Of a DNA stretch of 64,000 nt, positions 25,190 through 37,149 are shown piece after piece. A program made the position numbers and the translations under genes. This DNA comes from Azolla caroliniana (Eukaryota; Plantae; Polypodiophyta): NCBI GenBank assembly GCA_043228905.1, contig JBHGNT010000016.1:6324001-6388000 (forward strand), in the 5' to 3' direction. The stretch's first letter is position 1. Every line of letters starts with the position of its first letter. The notes under the pieces are model-generated. The model was not told where the DNA came from and did no database searches. It worked only from the letters and a program-made list of their open reading frames with translations.

Positions 25190-25941
25190 AGATGAATAGG
25201 TGGAATTGAACAAGCTTGCACTTTCGATCGTGAAGCTATTGGTCTCTGATGCTTTGTTGCTTAACATTCAAGGTTTATACTCTACATATGTTATTTGGAC
25301 TAGACTACAACATGCCTAGGAGAGCAACTAGCAAAGTTTATTGGCCGAAAAACCTTATGAATTTGCACATGAAAGATGGAGCACCAATTCACTTGATTGA
25401 GTTTAATTCTATTTTCAAGCAAATGGTTGCCTAAAATTCTTCATTGATGATTAGTTTAAGGTTAACATTTCTACTTTGCACTTTGCTATAGAGCTATGCT
25501 ATTTTTAGGACTACTATGAGAAATTCAAATGCGATGTTTTTTTATGATGATATAGAGGGTTCTCTACTCATGAAAGAAATGAATTAGCAAAGTAATGCAT
25601 CTAATAAGTTCTCTAGTGCTTTGCATATAAGAGGCAAATCACAATAGAGATGCAAATATGATTATAAAGTAGTAGTAAATCATGTGGTAAAGATGTAGAA
25701 TGTGATTGTTGTAGTAGACGGGTCACTTTAAATGTGACTGCTACAAATGGAAGAACAAATGTGATAACAAAGAAGAGCTGAAAGAGAATCAACCTAAGAA
25801 GACCATTGTTAAAATTGAAGAGGTGAATGTAGTCACTCATGATAGTGACAATGGGAATGATGTACTCTTCATCTTTTCATACTTTTAGTGCACATACTTT
25901 ACTTGTAGATATAGATGGTGACATTGACACTTGGATTCTCA
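25190..25941 (+). mobile_element. Ty1/copia remnant, gag part (interrupted by the gypsy element)
   Basis: KNLMNLHMKDGAPIHLIEFNSIFKQM...FLLCTL...FRTTM and DIEGSLL resemble copia gag (UBN2-like). A decayed Zn knuckle follows, and the segment ends in TWIL, the start of the protease WILDSGA motif. Confidence 0.7.
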
Positions 25942-26414
25942 TGTTGGCCGGCAAGGCCAAAGGGCCGATTAGAGTCCAGAGTGTGAAAGGGGTATTTAAT
26001 TAGGGATAGGGAGTTATAATTAATAAGTATTATGTTATTTTGAGAAGCGGACGGACGAAGCTAGAATCGGTATGCCGATTCGGATCCGGACCGGATCGTT
26101 GCCGGTTGTCGGTTGGCATCGGTTTGTAACTTAGCCGAAGACCTATAAAAGGACCCGACAAGAATGTAATCAGGGGCGGATAATTAATAGAAGCGCTGTT
26201 GTTTTACATATTGTTTAGTGTCTATTTGGTTACCATCTTGTGCTTAATATAATTAATCTTACGCATGTGTTACGATAATTAACAATGCCAGTTAGTAATC
26301 GGTTAAGACCCATTAGACACCACGGTCCATCCATATCTCATTGTACCACCCTTTGGTGAAGTGTTCCATAGGGACACCATGTGTTAGGGCTTGTCCAGCC
26401 TAAAGGATAACACA
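25942..26414 (+). repeat. 5' LTR (TGTTGGCC...GGATAACACA)
   Basis: Direct repeat of 33759-34231 with ~40 substitutions counted by eye (~8%), mostly transitions. TATA-like CCTATAAAAGG at ~26141. Confidence 0.95.
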
Positions 26415-26419
26415 ATTTT

Positions 26420-26429
26420 TGGCGACCAC
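26420..26429 (+). promoter_or_regulatory. Primer-binding site TGGCGACCAC (probably tRNA-Arg)
   Basis: TGG-start motif 5 nt after the 5' LTR. From memory it is complementary to the 3' end of plant tRNA-Arg(UCG) (...GUGGUCG-CCA). Confidence 0.65.
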
Positions 26430-26439
26430 GATTCCTGCA

Positions 26440-28450
26440 GTGAGTAACGACCAAGTCACCGAACGAGGAAGAAGACTAGCCAGAAGACAACAAAGGTGGG
26501 AAGCCTTCCAACAAGCGGCCGAGGAGATCCGACAGGATCGGTCTTTTCCCAGAGTGCTTCGGAGGGTCGCGGAAGAAGCACTTCGGTTCCAAAAACAACA
26601 ACTTTCCGACGAGGGTAGTGGTCTGAGGAGCCTGCAAGAGGCAGAATTGCGGTTGCGGACACTTGCCAAAGGCAACAGAGACTCGGAGGCATTCTCGGCC
26701 TTAGAGTCAGAATCAGATAGTGAACAGAGCGTTTAGTCGAATTACAAAAGCAACCACGATACTCCGGACGATCCAGAGGATGACGAATCAAACGGCTCAC
26801 CAACACCACCCGCGGAGAAAGCGGAAAACCGCACACAAGAACTAGACCAAACATCTCCGGTACAACCTTCCGAAGACTACACCATGCCATACCCGTATCC
26901 GAAGTACCGTGATGACCCTGACGCGGAGGTGCATGTCTATGCGTTCCTACAAACATGGGAAGCGAATCATGTGTCCCAAAGGCTGACCGAACCGGAAGCC
27001 GAACGGTCAAAAGTTGTCGAATTCGGCATGACATTAGACGAACTGGCGGCCCGCTGGCACGCAAAGCACCTACCCGGAAGCTTTACCACATTTGAGGCCT
27101 TGAAAACAAAATTCCTCTGACTATTCCATAGGCAAGTAGAACAACGCGAACTGGTCGGTCAGTTTTACACAACCCACCTAGAGGAGCAAGAGACGGTGCC
27201 CCAATTTATCATCTGATTTCAAACACTACACAACCAGTTAACAAGGGCACCTCCAGAGGAGGAAGCGAAAGCAGTGTTTCTGGCCGCTCTACGGGAACCC
27301 CTCTGAACGATGTGCAGGGTACTAGATTTCCAGGCCAACACAATGGATCAAGTCATCGATCAGGTGCTAGAAATGGATAAACATAGCTCCCTGATGACGA
27401 TGGGAGCCCTGTAGAGGGCCCTTCCAGATAAGGAGGATCTCAGGTTTCGCCAAGCATTGCAATGCACAACGTGTCTAAACTCGGGCCATTCAACGGTAGA
27501 CTGCACAATGAGGACGCAATGTATGATCTGACACTCAAGGGCACACTCAACGGACCGATGCGAGTACAACCTACTCAACTCACAAGCGACACCGGTGTTG
27601 ATCATTGAACCACGTAGCAGTCACGAACCGGACGACGAACTGTTCCGAAGGGAGGACCGATACCGACCAGAATGTGGGGATTGATACAATAATAGAAGAT
27701 GCGACGACTATGGGCGCGATCGTGACGACTGACATAGGGAAGGCTACAACTGAGATCGGTATGAACGGGACTACTCCCCGGATTACGACCGGAGAAGTGA
27801 TGCTTATGACCGGAACCGGTATGATAGGAACCAAGATTATAACGGTGACCGGTATGGTCGCGATTACTCTCCAAGCTACAACTAGAGGAGGGAGGACCAA
27901 CGAGGAGACTACGAAGACCGGCACCGATAGGGTTACAAAAACAACATACGCTTTATTAAGAAACAGAACTTTCGGAAAGAGGATCGTCGAGAGTCGGCAA
28001 AGGAGTACCAACGAGAGCCGGATAGAGGCATAAGTAGCGCCCAACCGGAACAAAGAAGAATAGAAGAACCTAACCGAGCGATAACGGGATTTCAACCAGG
28101 TACCGGCCAAAAGCCGAATCTAGCAATACTCGGAAGGCGTATTGTTACTATTGCCGCCAGGAAGGCCATTACAGCAACCAGTGTCCAGTTAAAAGTAACA
28201 AAAAACGACCGGCAGTCAATATGGTGGTAGCAGAAGTAGCGGATATACAACAAGTCACCACCAAATCAAAAGGAAAGACGGCGGAGTGGGAAGCATAGGA
28301 AGCCATACGAAAACAGACCATCGAATGGATTGAAAAGGCCAACGAACGCAATGTCACCGAAATGAAAGAGCACATGAATACAATGGAGGAACTCACTGTA
28401 AAGGCACAACCGGAGAACCCCACATGGCAAGCGCTTCAAGAATGCCAAAT
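26440..28450 (+). pseudogene. gag: gypsy gag (capsid, two Zn knuckles, R/D/Y-rich low-complexity tail)
   Basis: PYPKYRDDPDAEVHVYAFLQTWEAN...AARW...TFEALKTKFL capsid-like region. Knuckles CTTCLNSGHSTVDC and CMI*HSRAHSTDRC. In-frame TGA/TAG stops. Confidence 0.8.
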
Positions 28451-31400
28451 CACATTACCACTAGGCCGGTTATTGCAACTAGTGCCCCGGTTCACCGACG
28501 GTTGAAATCGGCATTGGCTCCATTAAGTCCTGGACCGACTTCGGCATTCTTTTCAAATCCAGACGAAGGAGTGACAGTGGTGGACACCAGCAGTCCAGCA
28601 ATCACTACGATTATTAAAGGACGGGAGCTACCAGGTACGATACTCAATGACGGATCAAGAATAAACGTGATAAGCCTCAAGACATGCGACACTTTGGGAA
28701 TTCAGGAGTGGGAACCATGCCCATTCTGGCTCCGGATGGCGGACACCAGCTCAGTCCGGCCGGTCGGCTTGATCCGAGACTTGAAGGTGACGATCGGAGG
28801 CCATGCTTTCCGAATTTTTGTGGTAGTCCTCGAGTTGAACGCTCAAGGGGCATACCCACTGATGCTGGGACGATCATGGCTGAGGATTGCCCATATCAAA
28901 CAGAACTGGCAAAAGAACAATATTATGTTCCGAAGAGGGAAAATGAAAGTAAGGGTACCCATGCAACCGCAAGCAGGCCCCAACAAAGACGTAACCCCAC
29001 TATATGCCGAAAGCGTGAAAATGCTGGCAGGATTGCCCGACGAAGAGGTGGATCGCTACCTTGAAGAGAACCCAAGGATAGTCCCTCTGTTCGAAGTGGA
29101 CGTGGCAAAATCGGTATCTCCATAAATCGTGCAGATGGAAGAGGCCGGTGAGGAACCAGATAAGGATGCAATCCGGGGACTACGGCAAGCACATGAAGCC
29201 TTGGAACGGGAAATGGCGGTATCCCAACAAGTAAAGGCGTCCCAACTAGAAGAAGTAAATTTGGGCACCGGAGAGGAAGCGCATTCGTTACAAGTGGCCA
29301 AGGAGATGTCACCGGAAGACAAGTCAGCAATGATAACATTATTAAAAGAATTCCGGGACATATTCGCCTGGTCCTACAAAGATATGCGGGGACTTGACCC
29401 CCAACTCTATCAAAACCAGATTCACCTCAGCAAGGACGTTAAGCTGGTGGCACAACGACGCTATCGGATGAACCCAAACTACACGGCAAGAGTAAAGGAG
29501 GAAATTGACAAGCTACTCCGAATTGGCTTTATCCGGCCGATGAAGAAAGCCACTTGGCTAAGTCCAACTGTCGTAGTGTTGAAGAAGAACGGCAAGATCT
29601 GTGTTTGCGTGGATTACCGAAAATTGAACGCGACAACGGTTATCGATGCATTTCCGCTTCCATTTACGGATGGAGTTTTAGATGCGATAGCCAGGGACGA
29701 GGTTTATAGCTTCCTCAATGGTTTTAGTGGGTGATCAAGAAAAGACGACGTTCATGATAGAATGGGGAATCTTTGTAGCAGTTGTAATGATGTTCGGACT
29801 CAAGACGGCGCTGACAACCTTTTAGAGGATTATTATGGAAGTGTTTGGAGAATTCACACTGGCATTTATGCAGGTATTCCTGGATGACTTCGCGGTATAT
29901 ATCCGGAAAGGGGAACATCTCAACCATCTCAGGTTATGCTTGGAAAAGTGTATAGGATACTAGTTAAGCTTAAACTCGGTAAAATGCATCTTCGGTGTGA
30001 CCAACGACACATTGCTAGGTCATATTGTTAGCAAGGAAGGGATTGCCATGGACCCAGATAAGGTCAAGGCTATTTTGCAGGCACCGGTGTCGTGAAGATT
30101 TTCGGCAATGGTGTGAAAATTGAATGGAATGTACAAAATCGAGTGTGGTTCTTCACACATAACATAAAACAATAATAGTGAAGATACTATTTTATACTAG
30201 TTTAATATCTTGGTACAAAAAGATGGAGGTCTTCAAGAGCTTTCGAATACACTTTACCAGATAAGAAACAGACAACTAAGTGGCAAGTTATGTGGGTATA
30301 AAGTTTGCGAAGAAGAAGAGAAAAAACAAAACTACGAGATATCCCACATAGACAGGACAAATAAGGATCCCAAATTATATAAGCAGGGCCAAAACCTATT
30401 ACTTTGTGTTTATGATTGGATCATAGAATGTTCAAGATGACTTGAGCTAAACTAACTGGATGAATGGGTGTGGCCGAACTACTTGTGAAGTTTTTGGGCA
30501 ACCGGACGGAGCCGACAAGACGGTGATCGGATAGATGGATTGGTTGGTTGATCGCGGTACATGGTGTTTTAAAGATTGTCGATGTAAATACAAGACCAAA
30601 AGCCTAGTAGTATTTTGTGTTTTAAAAGGGATGTGAGCAAGGCTTGAACCTTGCACCTCCAAGATAGGAAACAATATACTTACCACTAAGCCAAATCATT
30701 TCCTTAGAAACTATATTTTTATCATTATAGTTTTACATGTAAATTCTCATATATGAGAGCTTAGATGATGACATGGCAAGCATGCATTGCATGCAATTCA
30801 TGCATTACGTTCACGTCTTGCACCCTCACATGCACCATATGCATGGGGGCATCTATAAAAGAGTGGAGGAATCAAGCAAATGAAACTAATGAAAAATTTG
30901 GGAAAAATAAGAAACTTGTAATCCTATTGTTGATGTATCTTCTCTCTTAAATCTAAAAGTTAAAAGTTCAATCTTTATCTCAATATCTCTCTTTCGTCAT
31001 ATCCATCTCTCTCAACCTATCTTAAATACGTTCTCACTAAAGTTAATGCAAACTTCGAATCCTTTCGGTCTAGGACCCTAGTGGTTCCGCCTCACGATCC
31101 TCACGTAGTGATGGATCTTGATGAAATCGACACCAACGACCGCCAAGGCTTTAAGCCAGTTCTTAGGACAAATCCGATGGCATAGCCGGATGCTCCGATA
31201 CTTGGTAGATCTCGCCACACCACTACACGCACCTGTACACCGGACACTGTTTAAATGGACAGATGAAGAGGACAAGGCTTATTGCGCACTCAAGGTAATG
31301 TTGTCACAAGCACCAATGGTACAACCCCCAGACTGGTCAAAAGAGTTCCATGTCTTTGTGGATGCGTCAAATATCGCAATCGACAGTCTACTCATGCAAC

Positions 31401-32212
31401 TTATCGAACCTAAGTGGTACCGGCCGGTGTACTACACTAGCCGGAAGCTGTCAAAGGCAGAGCAAAATTATTCCACTACGGAAAGAGAAGCCCTAGGAAT
31501 GATATACAGTGTCACCAAATACCGTCATTATTTGTTGGGCCGCAAGTTTTCATTCCATGTAGACCATTCAACGCTTTTATACTTGGTCTCAAAGGCATCA
31601 CTCATCGGCAAGCTGGCCCGGTGAACATTATTATTACAAGAATTTGAATTTAAGATCTATCACTGGCCGGGTATACAACATGCGGTTGCCGATTACTTGA
31701 GTTAGTTAGAATCCAGAGAGATTGGTGACGGTGTTCAAGATGAATTTCTGGATGCCGCATTGTTCAAAATTACAGCGGAAACCATGGAAAATGGGACAGT
31801 CGCGGACGAGGACAAATGGCTAACGAATATGCACCAGTTCTTAAGCACCGGACTACCCCTAGACGAGATGAACCGGGATGAACGTAAACAGTTGGCGGTG
31901 CAAACCCGACACTTTTGTCTAGTGCAGGATACATTGTATCATAAAGGAATGGACGGTATATGGCGACGAGCAGAGTGATGAAAAAGACACCATTTTACGG
32001 GAAGCGCATTGTGGGGTCGCCGGAGGACATTATGGCAGAAAAGCTACGGAAAGGAAAATATGGCGTAGCGGCTTATGGTGGCCAACGACACTAAAGGACT
32101 TGGTCCGATATACGAAGGAATGTGATCTGTGTCAAAGAATGGGCCAGCCAACAGAACAAGCGTGCATGTCGCACCAACCGGTATTACCTCTAGAGCCATT
32201 CCAGAAATGGGG
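28450..32212 (+). pseudogene. pol: gypsy pol (PR, RT, RNase H, integrase HHCC only), interrupted at 30088-31126
   Basis: PR: ILNDGSRINVIS...LMLGRSWL. RT: WLSPTVVVLKKNGKICVCVDYRKLN and QVFLDDF. RH: FHVFVDAS...NYSTTEREAL...FHVDH. INT N-terminus: EAHCGVAGGHY...ECDLCQRMG...PLEPFQKWG, after which similarity stops. Confidence 0.92.
30088..31126 (-). mobile_element. ~1.04-kb insertion (probable solo LTR) nested in gypsy pol
   Basis: Splits the RT-RH linker KVKAILQAP|APTTAKALSQFLG. Ends TGTCGTGAAGAT / ATCTTGATGAAA are imperfect inverted repeats. The decayed TSD CCGG/TCGA (or ACCGG/ATCGA) restores the reading frame. Non-coding and AT-richer than pol; orientation tentative. Confidence 0.75.
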
Positions 32213-33700
32213 GTGGCTAAGCAGGTCATAGAAGGACCAATACTACCAGAACCAGTGGCTTTGGAGAATGAACAGACCAATAAGATGTTGATAACTGAAA
32301 TAGCACCAAATACAAATAAGGCACAAGAACAAGAACTCGCCACTCTTAGAGAGGAATTGGCAGCCCAAGAGGCCTTAAGGGCTAGAGAACGAGTCCTGAA
32401 GAAGGCGGCGGAGGAGGAACAACAGAAAACGGTAGAGAACCTACAAAGAGTCGAGGACAATCTACGGAAGGTTCATCAAGCATATGACCGATTGAAGGAA
32501 GAAAAAGAAAAGTTGTTGCAAGAAAAGGACAAACTCTGGCGATCGACGGAAGTCGAGATCGAGCGGCTCCAAGAAGAACTCTGACAACAGAAGGACCATG
32601 AGGACCGAGCTCGACGCCAAGTTAATCAGAGGCTAAAACAAAAAACAGAGGATTTTGACAGGTTGCACCGGGATCACAAGCACCTAGACGCGGAACACAA
32701 GAAATTGATGGCAGAAGGTGATCGGCAGCAAGAGAAGATGCGGGAACTCCGGCATGAAGTCAACAGGACGACAACGGCATTGGCGGAAGAAAGGATCAAG
32801 GGAGTCGAAGCGGAAAAGATGTTGGCAGAAGCGGCGAAGGATAGAATGGAGCTTACCCGGCAACATCATGAGGAGATGGAATGAGCAAAGTTGGCTTTGA
32901 ACAGAGTTCAGACGACCTATCAGACGCAACTGATGCAATATCAGGGACAAGCTAAGGCAACGGTGATCCTCATAAAGCAGTTAAAGGATGAAAAGTAGGT
33001 CGTAGTGGATAAGTCAAAGATGGGCCTTGGCCATATTCAAGACATTGTACTACATGGAGGGATCAGACGAAGAGGTTAGTTGAAGAAAGTTCAGTATAGT
33101 GGTGGTCCAAATGGACAAAGCAGGCAACCAAGTTACAGGTCTTGCGAGCGGATGCGGAGAACTGGCAGAAGGACGACAATAACTTCTACAAACTGGACGT
33201 GGAAAGCGTTGTGACCATAAGGGAGGAGTTATCAGATGACTTCCTGCCCTTGGCCGGAGAACAACTGGTGGCGGTAGGCCGACTGGTGGGACAGCTGGAT
33301 AACGACCAGCTGGATACCCAACTCCAGTTCGAGCAATACGAACAGGAGCAGAGATGGCAAATGGCGGCTAGATGAACGGCGGCAATTAACATTAGTGACG
33401 AAGAGCAATCTCCGGAGCAGACGCCGAACGCAACCGAAACCGAAGGGAGCCAACCAAATGTAGCTCAAGTGGAGCAGCCAAAGGTAGCCAACCCGCAAGA
33501 GCCAGTGCAAGCCGGATGACAGGAGCAGGAGGAGCCCAAAACAGATGAGCCGAAGACGGAAGCCCGGAAGGGACTGGAGCCGGAAAGCATGAACAGGCCG
33601 GAGAGCAACAACAACAACATCCACCACAACAAACGGAGCAACTAATCAAAGAACCTCTAGAACCCTTGGAACAAAGCATTATGGACATTTTGATGGACGA
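32213..33700 (+). pseudogene. Extra retrotransposon ORF encoding a long coiled-coil / acidic protein
   Basis: ORFs 32129-32584, 32663-32884 and 33142-33375 are E/K/R/Q-rich heptad-like segments. The first two share a frame, separated by a CGA>TGA-type stop. The region lies between the truncated INT and the 3' LTR. Confidence 0.7.
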
Positions 33701-33758
33701 TTGAAAAGGGTTAACCGTGGGTTCGACGTACAATGTATTGTCCCATGGGCGTGCCATG

Positions 33759-34231
33759 TATTGGCCGGCTAGGCCAAAGGGCCGGTTAGAGTTCAGAGTA
33801 TGAAAGGGGTATTTAATTAGGGATAGGGAGTTATAATTAATAAGTATTATGTTATTTTGAGAAGCGGGCGAACGGACCTAGAATCGGTATGCCGATTCAA
33901 ATCCGGACCGGATCGTTGTCGGTTGCCGATTTGCACCAGTTTGTAACTCAGTCGGAGACCTATAAAAGGATCCAGCAAGAATGTAATCATGGACGGATAA
34001 TTAATAGAAGTGTTGTTGTTTTACATATTGTTTAGTGTCTATTTTGTTATCGTCTTGTGATTAATATAATTAATCTTACGCGTGTGTTACGATCATTAAC
34101 AATGCCGGTTAGTAACCGATTAAGACCCATTAGACACCACGGTCCATCCATATCTCACCGTACCACCCTTTGGTGAAGTGTTCCATAGGGACACCATGTG
34201 CTAGGGCTTGTCCAGCCTAAAGGATAACACA
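33759..34231 (+). repeat. 3' LTR
   Basis: Direct repeat of 25942-26414. Starts TATTGGCC (TG>TA) and ends GGATAACACA. Confidence 0.95.
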
Positions 34232-34720
34232 ATTCAGGAGCTTATTTTCACATTACCCCTCATCATGAGGGGGTTTTTAACTACAGAGGGGGTTGGCATG
34301 CTGTTATCCATTTCGGGGAAAACTATGCGTGTGACATTGTGGGTATTGACACTCCATTTGTGGTTTCAATATGTTGTTTTTTTTCATACTTCAACATGCA
34401 CTACATGTACCTCAACTCAAGAAGAGCTTGATTAGCACAAGGTAACCAAATGAGGATGGATTTCATGCCACCTTTGATAATAAGAAATGGAAGATCTATA
34501 AGGGGTCTAGATTTATTACCATGGGTTGTAAAGGTGGTATCTTGCATCCTCTCCATGTATGTAGTTGTTGTTGTAACCAAGCAACTAAGTGTTTAGCTAT
34601 TGCACGAGCGGCGAGACACATTAGTCAAATTGGAATGAGAGTGCATTCAGGGTAAAGATGCTATTAAGAAGATATAGGTTTACCTTATTTCATAGCAAGG
34701 ATGAAGTGCTTTGACATTGG
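34232..34720 (+). mobile_element. Ty1/copia remnant, protease / GAG-pre-integrase part
   Basis: (N)SGAYFHITPH, CDIVGI, HVPQLKKSLIS, DGFHATFDNKKWKIYKG and LLHER.. continue the copia polyprotein broken at 25941. Confidence 0.75.
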
Positions 34721-36143
34721 TTGAGAATCAGATTGACACGATACTCAAGCATCTTCAATTTGTCCAAGGCCTATTAAGTATTTTGTGAGAAAATAGAGAT
34801 AAAGAGGGAGCTCACCGCTCCTCATAATCCACCCCAATATGGAGTTGATGAGCATATAGGACAAGGTTCGTACTATGTTATTTCATGTTGCATGACCCCA
34901 TGATTTTTGGGGTAGAAGTTGTTATGACAACTCACCTAATAAATTAGCAATAAGGTTGGCCTCTTTCCCATTAGGGTTGGAACATGATTTGACTAGTTTC
35001 ATTGGCATTGGTTTACATTGGCCTCTTATTAGTTACATGGACATGGTTGCATGAGAAAGATGTAAGGTTTACCTTCTAATCTAAACAAAGTAGCTAGACA
35101 TGGAGTTGGCTAGATAGAATGTGTGCGATGCACAATAGTTCATTTTTACCAACATCACTAGTTCTACAAAATGTGGGGTCTTTAAAATTTAGACCACTTC
35201 CTTAGTTGTTTGGAGGTTTGTAATAATCTAATTGGAAATTGACAAATATAAATCCTTATTTGGAAAGCCTCCATTACGCTTTAACTCTTCTATTTTGCTT
35301 CAACCTCACTTTGATTCTCTCATGGAGAAAATTTTGGTGAATATTTCACAACAAGTGGATAATAAAGGATTAAAGCATAGGATACAACTTTATGAAACTT
35401 TAAGATTATTCATTGTATTTATGAGCTAACCAATGGTTAACGATAATATCTTATTCAACAACTCTCACAAGTTCCGTCTAGGTGTAATGTCAATTATTAA
35501 TGCATGCATTGTTATATGAGGAGTTTTTGGATATTTAGAGCAATTGCAAGTCATTATTTCTCAATTGGAATGTTAAAGTTATATTATGCTAAGATGTGAG
35601 AAATTAGGGATGACATTATTGATAATTTTAATGTCAATCTCATTTGTTTCTCCGAGCATTACATTTGGCCTACGCTTGATCTAATGTTGTACATTGTTAG
35701 AGTTTAACCAATTAATTAAGCAAAACGTAAAGGAAAGAGGGATGCCAAAACACCTGACCACCCCTATGAACGACGTGAGATGGACCTCAACCTCCTCGAT
35801 GTCTCATACCACTTATGGTTGATGTAAGTCATACCTTGGATTCCATGAGAATTGCATGTGCTTAGCTAACAAGAGCTATGGCCACACTATCATAGTCTCA
35901 ACATAAGTCAAACCTTCTCCAAATAGGAAGGTAGTTAACGTTCCTATATAGGCAATTGTGTTCATGTTTGGCTACTTTATGCGATGTGGTCAAATGGTAA
36001 CACACTTAATAGTTATCCCGCATCATAGAATTGAATATTACAATTCATACCCTAATTCCTTTTAGAAAATAACCTGCACGTATTTATCATAAGATTTGAG
36101 AAAACAATGGAAAGCCTATCTCATGATAAGTTAAGGTTATGCA

Positions 36144-36487
36144 TAGGAATCAACAGCGGCTCTACTCAAGCCTAAACTAAACCGTTTTAAGAGGTTTAAC
36201 GGTTCGGTTCAGTTTAGGCTTGAGTTTCCTTAACCGGTTTGAGTTCAATTTGGGATGGCTCAAGCCGAATCGAGCCATTTTGGGCTAAACCAGTTCCTAA
36301 AAGGATTAATCGGTTTGAACCTTTTTGGGATTGCTTAAAAGGATTAATCCGTTTTCGTTAAACCAATTCCTAAACCAGTTTAGGAGGTTGGTTTGGTTCA
36401 AGTTTGAAAATTCCCAAACTGGTTAACGCTTAACTAGTTCGGTTTGGACTAGGCCAAATTGGTTAAGCCAAAATTGAATCGTTCCTA
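36144..36487. mobile_element. Non-autonomous hAT (Ac/Ds-like) MITE, 344 bp
   Basis: Ends TAGGAA.../...TTCCTA. Exact 8-bp TSD GTTATGCA at 36136-36143 and 36488-36495. Dense AAACCG/CGGTT subterminal motifs. Confidence 0.85.
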
Positions 36488-37149
36488 GTTATGCACATAA
36501 CATACATGTGAAGTAAGGGGATGGGTTTATAGTTGATCTAAACTATAATAATTGCAATATATGCACATTATTTTAGGGAGTTGAATGGCTTGCAATTGCT
36601 TATGAAGAATGAGGTGATTAGAGCACATCATCATGTGGTTGGACGTACTATGCATGACCTTCTTAGTTATGAATTGGATGGGATTTCATAGAGGATGAGA
36701 TGTACATCATTTCAAAGCATCTTCCTAGTGGTAAGAGCCTTGGTTGGTTTGGCTTGGCAAATGAAGGTTTTATGCGATATTCCAACTTTTTGAATTGATC
36801 TTAAAGTTAACTAATGCACATTGAAAATATTATGAAGTTATTTGATGGCTTGAGTCCAATAGCATTGATCATGCTTGCCTCATCTCATAACATAGGGAAC
36901 TTTCTTGGCTTAAAAGAGTTGTGAAATATTTAACACAATTATCAATAATTACTTGGGGGTTTGTATTCAAAGTTCCATAAATCTCTCAACATACCACACT
37001 CATTCTAGGATGGGATGCATGCAACCCATGAAGAATAGTTTTGACGGACAATTGTCATTCATTTTTCATGCCCATTACAACAAAATTCTTGGTAATTATG
37101 GACCTCTAGATCTTGTAAAGCTTGAGATGATCTAACTTGAATATCCAAT

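Larger units (their letters stand above)
25942..34231 (+). mobile_element. Ty3/gypsy (non-chromovirus-like) LTR retrotransposon, decayed, integrase core deleted, with extra 3' ORF
   Basis: Two 473-bp LTRs, a PBS, and domain order gag-PR-RT-RH-INT(N-terminus only) followed by a coiled-coil ORF. Many premature stops and frameshifts. Confidence 0.95.

Noticed and set aside
27580-28110. Hydrophobic minus-strand ORF (176 aa) and Thr-rich plus-strand ORF as env-like genes
   Set aside because: Alternative frames of the R/D/Y low-complexity gag region.
33735-33758. Polypurine tract before the 3' LTR
   Set aside because: Sequence (CCCATGGGCGTGCCATG) is not clearly purine-rich, so no PPT call is supportable.
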